NCBI GenBank assembly: GCA_965216755.1
Contig: CBDCGL010000011.1
Span: 576,001 to 640,000, forward strand
Reading direction: 5' to 3'
Length of the DNA stretch: 64,000 bases
DNA from: Alphaproteobacteria bacterium
GTDB taxonomy: Bacteria; Pseudomonadota; Alphaproteobacteria; UBA7887
Both the position numbers and the translations under genes were made by a program. Numbering within the stretch: the first letter of the stretch is position 1; the number at the start of each line of letters is the position of its first letter. Under the pieces are notes generated by a model. That model saw only the letters and a program-made list of their open reading frames with translations. It had not been told where the DNA came from and did not search any database. Positions 56,639 to 64,000 of this stretch are shown here, piece by piece.

Positions 56639-57310
56639 TCAGAAGCCGCGTGCGTCCAGATATGCCTCGATCAACCGTCGGGCTCCCGGCCAATCGTCTA
56701 TCCGGTGGTGACAGGCCGGTGCCGGTCCAATTAGTCGCGCCAAGCGCGGGTCGTGGACAAAGTGCAAGCGGAGCACGTACTCCGCATGTTCGGCGACTGA
56801 TTGGTGGTGCGACGGCGAGTCATCCAGGAATATGACCGGCGCGCGCATGTCTGCGGCGAACATCTTGACTGGCGGTCCCTTGGGGCCGTGGCCGGCAACG
56901 AGGGGATAGTCCATGCCATGGCCGGCCAACGCGCGTCGTCGCACTTCACTTTGTTCTGGGGGCACGTTGCTCAATACGACGATCTGTGCGCGTCCGCTCA
57001 GCGTCGCAAGCGCGTCGGATGCGCCGGGCACCGCGGGAATTTCGCCGGTTTTCTCGGCAAAAAACTGCAGCAGAACATCGGTCACCGCCGCCTGGTCCAA
57101 TGCCATGTTGTCAGTTGATCGCTTCACATTGCCGGTAAGGCGATAGCTCGACCAATCGAAGATCAAGTCCTGGGCGTGAAGAAACGTCTCGAATGACGCC
57201 ATGAAGGCCAACAAGACCTCATCGGCATCGCAGACGATCAGCGGCAATTCCGGATCAATAGTAATGTCTTTAATTTCGGCTGCGATGTGGGGCAGGAGCG
57301 GCGCCGTCAT
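56639..57310 (-). CDS. Conserved HAD-like hypothetical protein
   Basis: IVCDADEVL, VVLSN, KGP and FLDD HAD-type motifs. Next to DUF3572. Confidence 0.8.
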   Translation of the reverse strand: MTAPLLPHIAAEIKDITIDPELPLIVCDADEVLLAFMASFETFLHAQDLIFDWSSYRLTGNVKRSTDNMALDQAAVTDVLLQFFAEKTGEIPAVPGASDALATLSGRAQIVVLSNVPPEQSEVRRRALAGHGMDYPLVAGHGPKGPPVKMFAADMRAPVIFLDDSPSHHQSVAEHAEYVLRLHFVHDPRLARLIGPAPACHHRIDDWPGARRLIEAYLDARGF

Positions 57311-57313
57311 CAG

Positions 57314-57598
57314 TCAATCATCCCAACCGGCGTTTGGCAACGCATGGCGTGCCCGAACGACATCCTCTGGCGCCATAGAGAGCTCAGTGGCGCAGGCCGC
57401 AACGCGGTCATCGTCGCCAAGAACGAAGTCGAGGACGCCACTCAAGAAGTCCGGATCATCGATGTGTGCGCGGATACCGGCTTCGTCGATGCCGGACTGC
57501 ATCATGAATGTGCGCAGCATGTCCTGATCGGCGAGCACGTGGCGCAATGTGGCCAGAGCGATTGTGACGGCATCATCGACTCGCATTCCGGCGGGCAT
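57314..57598 (-). CDS. DUF3572 family protein
   Basis: ALATLRHV...F...SGID...IRA..DDPDFL.GVLDFVL. Start moved to 57598. Confidence 0.8.
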   Translation of the reverse strand: MPAGMRVDDAVTIALATLRHVLADQDMLRTFMMQSGIDEAGIRAHIDDPDFLSGVLDFVLGDDDRVAACATELSMAPEDVVRARHALPNAGWDD

Positions 57599-57659
57599 CC
57601 TTGAATATGGCGTGTCTTCAGACGATAACCCATTTCTGGCAATCGAGGGAGCACACGCC

Positions 57660-58157
57660 ATGCAGTTGGCCGGATCCTGCCATTGCGGCGCCGTAACATT
57701 TACGATCGAATCACACACGCCCCATCCCTTCAACCGTTGCTATTGCAACATCTGTCGTAAGACCAATGGCGGCGGCGGCTATGCGATCAATATCATGGGC
57801 GAGACCGACAGCCTGCGAATAACCGGCGCCAACCATGTCACGGTCTATCGCGCCCGTGGCGAACTCGTGGATGGCGGCGCCGACAGCGACGGACTGAGTT
57901 TCATGAGCCGGCATTTCTGCCAGCATTGTGGCAGCGCCTTGTGGTGCAGTGACACCCGCTGGCCTGAATGGGTATGGCCTTTGGCGTCGGCGATCGACAC
58001 GCCCTTGCCACGGCCACCCGAAATTGTCCATTTGATGTTGGCTTCGGCGCCAAAATGGGTCGATGTGCGGCAAGGACCGTCCCACAACCACTTCCAGGGC
58101 TATCCTGACGAATCGATTGCCGATTGGCACCGTCGGCGCGGCCTGGACGTCTCGTAA
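57660..58157 (+). CDS. GFA/CENP-V family protein
   Basis: GSCHCGAV, CYCNICRK and RHFCQHCGS. GAGGGAG RBS before ATG 57660. Confidence 0.9.
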   Translation: MQLAGSCHCGAVTFTIESHTPHPFNRCYCNICRKTNGGGGYAINIMGETDSLRITGANHVTVYRARGELVDGGADSDGLSFMSRHFCQHCGSALWCSDTRWPEWVWPLASAIDTPLPRPPEIVHLMLASAPKWVDVRQGPSHNHFQGYPDESIADWHRRRGLDVS

Positions 58158-58178
58158 CCCGCTGACGGCGGAGTCAAA

Positions 58179-58202
58179 ACAGGCGGCAGTTACGCCGCCT
58201 GT
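58179..58202 (-). terminator. Rho-independent terminator downstream of rpmG (possibly bidirectional)
   Basis: 9-bp stem ACAGGCGGC/GCCGCCTGT running into a T-tract on the minus strand. Confidence 0.65.
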
Positions 58203-58231
58203 AAGCCCGTTCCCGTTGCGCTGCGCGTCAG

Positions 58232-58399
58232 CTATTTGATCTTGCCTTCCTTAAACAGCACATGCTTGCGCGCGATGGGATCGTATTTCTTGATCTCCAT
58301 TTTGCCGGTTATGTTTCGCGGGTTCTTCTTTGTCACATAGAAGAACCCCGTATCCGCCGTGCTGTTCAGGCGGATCTTAATGCTCGCCGGTTTGGCCAT
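58232..58399 (-). CDS. rpmG: 50S ribosomal protein L33 (Cys-free form)
   Basis: Translated by hand, below the ORF-track cutoff: [55 protein letters not shown]. Confidence 0.97.
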   Translation of the reverse strand: MAKPASIKIRLNSTADTGFFYVTKKNPRNITGKMEIKKYDPIARKHVLFKEGKIK

Positions 58400-58467
58400 G
58401 GCCTACCCCTGTCGAATCCGTCGTTGTCATGCACTTAACGGCGACGATAGCGCCGGTCAAGCCGCTG

Positions 58468-59646
58468 TCAAGCGTCGTCAATCGCGCCACGTGCACGCGG
58501 CAGGACAAAGGCAACCGCCAAAAACCCGATAAACGAAACCACCATTGCCAACGCCAGCCCTTGTGGAATCCAAATTCCCATGGCCGCGCCATACGCTGCC
58601 GGGCCGATCATGCTGCCCAAACCATATGACACCGTCATTACCACGTTCATGGCGGCCAAATCCGCGCCACGGAAATGTTGCCCCATCATGACCATCGCGA
58701 GTGTCCACAGGGCCACACCCATCCCACCAATCATGAACAGAATTGCGTAAAGCGCGTAGGCAGTTCCGGATGCCGCCGGCATAAAGAAAGCGCAGATCGC
58801 TGAGATCGCCGCGCAGGTCATGATCAAGCTCTCCCTGTCGATCCTATCCGCCAGCCAGCCGAGTGGCATTTGCAGGGCGATACCGCCCAACACCAATATC
58901 GCAACCAATCGGGCCGCGTGAACTTCGTCCAAGCCGATGCGCAAGCCGTAAATCGGCAGCAGGCCGATCGCACCGGCATCCAAGATTCCGAATGTAAAGG
59001 CGGCGGCAACAGCAATCGGCATGCGACCGATAAGGCCGCGCACGGGCTGCTCGGAGCGCCCTGCAATCGAGGGCGTGACATCGGCGGCGACAATGATCGG
59101 GATTATGGAACACAGCGAAATCAATGCGCCGGTGACGAAGGGCATTGCCCCACTGGTTCCGGTGAGCTCGATGATCACGGGTCCGAGGGCGAACCCAGTC
59201 GCCAGGATAGTGCCGTACAGGCCAATAACTCGGCCGCGCACGCGGTCGTCGGTCACTTCGTTAATCCAAGTCTCGCCGACGATAAACATCACGCCTTCCG
59301 CGCAGCCCAGAACAAAACGCAGTATCATCCAGCCGGCAAAACTGCTGAAAAATGGCATGGCCGCAATAGTGATCGCGGCCGTCGCGATCGACGCCAGCAT
59401 CAGGAAGACCACAGATCTGCGCGCAATCAGGCGCGGCACCACAAGACTAAACAGCAGAATACCGGCAAACTGAGCCATCGTGTTGAGGCCAATCAGCGTG
59501 CTGGAATAGCCCTGGGCTTCCAGGCCGAGCGACAACAGCGGCAAGGTCAGGCCAATGGTCGTACCAAGCGCGCCGATCGAAAAGATCGCGGCGGCGACGC
59601 TGCGAATGGCATCGTTGCGGGGTAGGGGATGGCTCGCCGACATCAC
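58468..59646 (-). CDS. MFS transporter (YcaD-like)
   Basis: About 12 TM segments, ETWINE....RGRVIGLY and QMPLGWLADRIDR. Confidence 0.88.
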   Translation of the reverse strand: MMSASHPLPRNDAIRSVAAAIFSIGALGTTIGLTLPLLSLGLEAQGYSSTLIGLNTMAQFAGILLFSLVVPRLIARRSVVFLMLASIATAAITIAAMPFFSSFAGWMILRFVLGCAEGVMFIVGETWINEVTDDRVRGRVIGLYGTILATGFALGPVIIELTGTSGAMPFVTGALISLCSIIPIIVAADVTPSIAGRSEQPVRGLIGRMPIAVAAAFTFGILDAGAIGLLPIYGLRIGLDEVHAARLVAILVLGGIALQMPLGWLADRIDRESLIMTCAAISAICAFFMPAASGTAYALYAILFMIGGMGVALWTLAMVMMGQHFRGADLAAMNVVMTVSYGLGSMIGPAAYGAAMGIWIPQGLALAMVVSFIGFLAVAFVLPRARGAIDDA

Positions 59647-59696
59647 GGTTCTTGACTGGGCCTGAGGCCGCTTTGATCAACCTGTTGACCGGGACG

Positions 59697-60131
59697 TTAT
59701 GTCCGCGACCGTTTGTCCCATTTCGGCGGCGCAGTCACTGGATCCGCGTCGGACGCTTCAAATCCGTGCATGCGTAGCGCCCATTGCAGGCCGACCAAGG
59801 TGCCTTTGACACGAGGCAGGAACCACAGGCTCAATCCGATAGTCAACGGCAACCAAATCGCCATGTGCAGCCACGTTGGTGGCGAAAACGCGACTTCCAA
59901 CGACAGGGCCGCGGGCACGATGATATGGCCGATAATAAGAATCGTGAAATAGGGCGGTGCGTCGTCCGCTCGATGTTCGTGCAGCGCCAACGTACAAGAT
60001 GCGCACGTCGCGTTGACCTTGAGGTAGGCCGCAAACAACGTGCCCTGGCCACAGCGCGCGCATCTTTGTCGCCATCCATGGGACAGCGACCGCAACAACG
60101 GTCGCGGCGGCAAAGTTTCGTCCGGCGGCAT
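59697..60131 (-). CDS. DUF983 family membrane protein
   Basis: RCARCGQGTLF..YLKV...C..C, RADDAPPYFTI..GH and KG.LVGLQW. Start moved to 60131. Confidence 0.85.
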   Translation of the reverse strand: MPPDETLPPRPLLRSLSHGWRQRCARCGQGTLFAAYLKVNATCASCTLALHEHRADDAPPYFTILIIGHIIVPAALSLEVAFSPPTWLHMAIWLPLTIGLSLWFLPRVKGTLVGLQWALRMHGFEASDADPVTAPPKWDKRSRT

Positions 60132-60257
60132 CTCGTCGTCACGCCGCTGCGGTGACACATCGTCGATCATCAGCAATACAATCCTCGCGCCGGACCTCCA
60201 TTCGCGATGGCACGCCCCGACAATGTGCGTTGTCATACCATCCGATCGGCAACGACT

Positions 60258-62501
60258 CTAGCGATGTTTGCGCCGTCGGCGACCCGACCGCTTCGGCTCA
60301 CGTCCTCGGATGTGTGGGGGGACGTCGTGGTCGACCAGCTCAAAGCGCAGTGCGCCGGTTACACTGTCGGCTTCAACCAACCGAACGCGCACACTGTCAC
60401 CCAAACCGTAAGTGTGCCCCGTTTCTGTACCAATAAGCCGGTGCCGGTCGGCGTCGTGGCGAAAGTACTCGCCCAAATGTCGCATGGGGATCAGACCTTC
60501 GGCGCCGGTTTGGTCGAGCGCGATGAACAGGCCAAACCGCGTCGCGCCGGAGACCCGAGCGTCGAAGGACGCACCAATTTTGTCCGTAAGAAAGCGGGCC
60601 GCGTAGTGGTCCAGGGCATCGCGCTCGGCGTTCACGGCGCGGCGCTCCGTCGCGGACACTTCTTGGCCGATGGAGTCCAGCATGGCCGCCGCGTCGTCCG
60701 ATAGACCGTCGACGCCGAGTTTGAGCTGGCGGATAAGGCTGCGATGCACGATCAGGTCGGCATAGCGGCGAATCGGCGATGTAAAATGGGCATAGCGGTG
60801 CAGATCTAGGCCGAAATGGCCAATATTGTGAGGGGCGTACTCGGCTTGGCTTTGAGCGCGCAGAACAACCGTCGCGACCAACTCGGCCTCCGGTTGGCCA
60901 GCCGATTTGCGGAGTATTTGATTGAAATGCGTTGCCGTCAGGTGGCGCGCGCGAGACAGTTTGTAGCCGAGTGAGCCTAGAAATTCCCGCAATGGTTCGA
61001 GTTTTGCGGCGGGCGGTTGATCGTGAATACGGTAGAGGCATGGAGCTAGCCGGGCCGTCAGCAGTTCAGCCACGGCGACGTTGGCGGCAATCATGAACTC
61101 CTCAATCACCCGGTGACTGGCATATCGTGGCCGTGCGTCGATAGATAGGATGTTACCCCCATCGTCGAGCCGCACGCGCCGTTCGGGCAGATCTAGATCC
61201 AGTGTGCCACGTCGCGCACGGGCCGCGGACAATGCCTCAAAAGCACCATAAAGTGGCGCGATTAGCCGTGCCGCATCGTCTGGCAAGGGCGCCTGGCCGT
61301 CATGCGCGGCCTGTACTGCGCGATATGTGAGCCGTGCTGTGGAACGCATGATGGCGCGCTCAAATCGACTGCGAAGCATGTTGCCATGGCGGTCAATCCA
61401 GATGTGTGCGGCGATACAGGCGCGATCTTGCCCGGGTCTCAGAGAGCACCAGTCATTGGACAGGGCCTCCGGCAGCATGGGCACGACACGATCGGGGAAA
61501 TAGACCGAGTTGCCCCGTTTTCGGGCCTCACGATCAATAGCGTCGCCGGCGCGGACGTAATAAGCAACGTCCGCTATGGCAACGACGATATGCCAGCCGT
61601 TGCGATTGTCCGCATCATCGTCCGGAGCCGCCCAAACTGCGTCGTCAAAATCGCGCGCGTCTTCGTCGTCGATCGTCACCAAGGCTAGGTCTCGCAGGTC
61701 GACCCGGTCCGCGGCCTCAGGAGCCGCAGCCTTTTCGGCCTGGGCGAGCACGTCGGCCGGGAAATCGTCCGGGATGCCATGGCTGTTAATCATCAGCCTG
61801 CTGATGGCGCCCGGTGACTCCATGTCGCCAAGTCGGTTGACGACCTTTGCTGTGGGGAGGCCAAGTTTGCGCGAGCGATCCGTTTCGACGATAACCAATT
61901 CGTTGTTGCGCGCGCCGGCCGTGTCGGCTTCAGCGATGGCGAATTCATGGCGTGCCCCGCGTTCGCTCGGTCGCACGCGTCCACCACCGCCAGCCAAACT
62001 TTGGAAAACGCCAACGACCCGCGACGGTTTGCCGCCGAGGCGGCGAATGACGCGCGCTTCAAGACGTTTGCCACCACGCTCACGGAGCCGCACCAACGCG
62101 CGGTCTCCGATGCCCACGGCTGTGCCGCGACGGCGACCGTCTGGCACAATCGTAATCGCCGGGGCGACGCCGTCTCCCTGCCATTTCAGCGGTCGGCCGA
62201 CTGGCTCACCGTCCAGATCGAGTTCGGTGATTTCCACCATCAGAACCGGGGGCAGCGACTCGGGCGTCGTCACGCGACGTTTGTGGCCGCGCGCCAAGAC
62301 ACCGTCGTTGATCAGTTCTTTGATAATGGCTTTCAGGGCTGCGCGTTGAGCCGCGTCCAGGTGGAAGGCCCGCGCAATGTCACGCTTGCTGACTTCCCCG
62401 TCCGCGGCGCTGACAAAGGCGACAAGTTGGTCCTTTGTGGGCAGCGCGGACCTGGCGTGTCCGCCGCGTTCACTGTCCTTGGATTTCTTCTTTTTTGCCA
62501 A
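60258..62501 (-). CDS. rnr: Ribonuclease R
   Basis: VTIDDEDARDFDDA, SVYFPDRVVPMLP, IEEFMIAAN, HFTSPIRRYADL, S1 domain and basic tail. Confidence 0.96.
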   Translation of the reverse strand: MAKKKKSKDSERGGHARSALPTKDQLVAFVSAADGEVSKRDIARAFHLDAAQRAALKAIIKELINDGVLARGHKRRVTTPESLPPVLMVEITELDLDGEPVGRPLKWQGDGVAPAITIVPDGRRRGTAVGIGDRALVRLRERGGKRLEARVIRRLGGKPSRVVGVFQSLAGGGGRVRPSERGARHEFAIAEADTAGARNNELVIVETDRSRKLGLPTAKVVNRLGDMESPGAISRLMINSHGIPDDFPADVLAQAEKAAAPEAADRVDLRDLALVTIDDEDARDFDDAVWAAPDDDADNRNGWHIVVAIADVAYYVRAGDAIDREARKRGNSVYFPDRVVPMLPEALSNDWCSLRPGQDRACIAAHIWIDRHGNMLRSRFERAIMRSTARLTYRAVQAAHDGQAPLPDDAARLIAPLYGAFEALSAARARRGTLDLDLPERRVRLDDGGNILSIDARPRYASHRVIEEFMIAANVAVAELLTARLAPCLYRIHDQPPAAKLEPLREFLGSLGYKLSRARHLTATHFNQILRKSAGQPEAELVATVVLRAQSQAEYAPHNIGHFGLDLHRYAHFTSPIRRYADLIVHRSLIRQLKLGVDGLSDDAAAMLDSIGQEVSATERRAVNAERDALDHYAARFLTDKIGASFDARVSGATRFGLFIALDQTGAEGLIPMRHLGEYFRHDADRHRLIGTETGHTYGLGDSVRVRLVEADSVTGALRFELVDHDVPPHIRGREPKRSGRRRRKHR

Positions 62502-62531
62502 CGGATGGCTGATGCGTTGGCCAGGTGTCGA

Positions 62532-64000
62532 CTAAGCGTTCTCGACGGCGTCTTCGGACTTGCGCGCCGATTTGGTGCGTTTGCTCGTGCTCTTCTTGGT
62601 CGTGGTCTTGGCTTTGGGCTTGGTCGTCGCCTTGGCTTTTGTACCCGATTTGGCCTTAGATTTCGGTTTCGCGGTCGCACCGCCTCTTGATTTGCTGCCG
62701 GCCTTCTTCTTTTCAGCCTTTTCCGCCAAAAGCTGCAATGCCGTATCGAGTGTAACTTGCTCGGGTTGCATATCTTTCGGAACAGTCGCGAAGATGCGCT
62801 TGTACTTTATGTACGGGCCGTAGCGACCGGAAAAGACGGCGAGTTCGGTTTCGTCATCGGGATGCTTGCCAATGACATGCAGGGGCTTGGCGCCACCACG
62901 GCCACGATCTGGCTGGGCCAACAGGTCGACGGCGCGATTGATACCGATGGTCAGCACGTCGTCGCCGCTGGGGATCGATTTGAACTTGCCATCGTGACGC
63001 AAATACGGTCCGAAACGTCCTAAACCCGCAACAATTTTCTTGCCGCTTTCAGGATGCATCCCAACATCTCGCGGTAGGCTGAGCAGCCCTAACGCAATTT
63101 GCAGATCAACGGTCTCCGGCGCTGTCGTTTTTGGGACAGAAGTTCTCTTGGGCTTGCTGCCATTGTCGGCTTCGCCCGCTTGCACATACCAACCGTAGGG
63201 CCCCTTGCGCAGCGAAATCTCCAAGCCGTCTTCGTTTTGACCCAGCACTTTCGGGCCATCGATCCCAGCACTGTCGCCGTTCTCGTCGCCGACCACCTCC
63301 AGCTGGCGCGTATAGCGGCAGTCTGGGTAATTCGAACAACCGATGAAAGCGCCAAATTTGCCCAACTTCAGGCTCAATCGGCCATCGGCGCAGGATCGGC
63401 AGGCACGGCGGTCGAAACCGGACTCGTCGGCGGGGAAAATGTGGGGGCCCAGCACTTCGTCAAGTTTGTCCAGCACTTCGGCGACGCGCAGATGGCTGAT
63501 GTCGCCAACCGCCATCTCGAACGCATTCCAAAACTCACGCAGCACGGTCTTCCATTCGATTTGGCCGTTGGAAATGCGGTCGAGTTGATCTTCAAGATCG
63601 GCGGTGAAGTCATACGCGACGTACTGCTCGAAAAAGCTTTCGAGGAACGCGGTCACCAGGCGGCCACGGCTCTCGGGCGTGAACCGCTTCTTTTCCAACG
63701 CCACGTAGCCGCGGTCTTGTAGCACCGATATGATGCTTGCATATGTTGATGGACGCCCGATCCCCAGCTCTTCCAACCGTTTGACCAATGTGGCCTCGGT
63801 AAAGCGTGGCGGCGGTTCCGTGAAGTGTTGGTCTTTTCGCGTCGCGACTCGTTCCATGGTGTCGCGCTCCGAGACCTGGGGCAAGCGTCTTTCGGCGTCC
63901 GGATCGCCGTCGCCAACATCGTCGCGGCCCTCGCTATAGACCCGGATGAAGCCGTCAAACGCAATGACGGAACCAGTTGCGCGCAACACCGCTTGCCCGT
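62532..64000 (-). CDS. topA: DNA topoisomerase I (partial, 5' part beyond the window)
   Basis: HFTEPPPRFTEATLVK.LEELGIGRPSTYA, GCSNYPDC, GRFGPY repeats and a Lys-rich tail. Confidence 0.96.
   Translation of the reverse strand, partial: GQAVLRATGSVIAFDGFIRVYSEGRDDVGDGDPDAERRLPQVSERDTMERVATRKDQHFTEPPPRFTEATLVKRLEELGIGRPSTYASIISVLQDRGYVALEKKRFTPESRGRLVTAFLESFFEQYVAYDFTADLEDQLDRISNGQIEWKTVLREFWNAFEMAVGDISHLRVAEVLDKLDEVLGPHIFPADESGFDRRACRSCADGRLSLKLGKFGAFIGCSNYPDCRYTRQLEVVGDENGDSAGIDGPKVLGQNEDGLEISLRKGPYGWYVQAGEADNGSKPKRTSVPKTTAPETVDLQIALGLLSLPRDVGMHPESGKKIVAGLGRFGPYLRHDGKFKSIPSGDDVLTIGINRAVDLLAQPDRGRGGAKPLHVIGKHPDDETELAVFSGRYGPYIKYKRIFATVPKDMQPEQVTLDTALQLLAEKAEKKKAGSKSRGGATAKPKSKAKSGTKAKATTKPKAKTTTKKSTSKRTKSARKSEDAVENA

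Noticed and set aside
62532-62720. Lys/Ala/Thr-rich repetitive tail of TopA
   Set aside because: Basic low-complexity tails are normal for alphaproteobacterial TopA.

Overview
A GC-rich chromosomal segment from an alphaproteobacterium (Rhodospirillales/Rhizobiales-like, judged from protein content), running from the 3' end of parC to the 3' part of topA. It is almost fully coding. There is no rRNA, tRNA, CRISPR array, prophage or transposase. Housekeeping genes are parC, bpt, ilvA, dinB, eipB, rpmG (missed by the ORF track), rnr and topA. The rest is mostly transport and catabolism. This includes a TRAP system with three tandem TakP-like binding proteins, several polyamine-related enzymes, and a PotABCD-like ABC operon that continues into an atypical GT1 glycosyltransferase, a cupin and an aldehyde dehydrogenase. 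The best candidates for something new are: (1) that amine-uptake/glycosyltransferase operon, whose GT lacks the usual catalytic His; (2) a 349-bp CTAG-bounded non-coding element at the ridA stop codon, with two mirror-image hairpins that show compensatory changes; (3) an AT-rich 35-bp-arm REP-like palindrome; (4) a caspase-like/SH3 gene whose RBS and signal peptide lie one base out of frame; (5) a membrane-anchored SARP/BTAD-TPR regulator followed by phased repeats and a small exported protein; (6) an 8-Cys exported mini-protein. All calls come from reading motifs by eye, with no database searches. Starts were adjusted by hand where the ORF track looked over-extended, and synteny statements are from memory.
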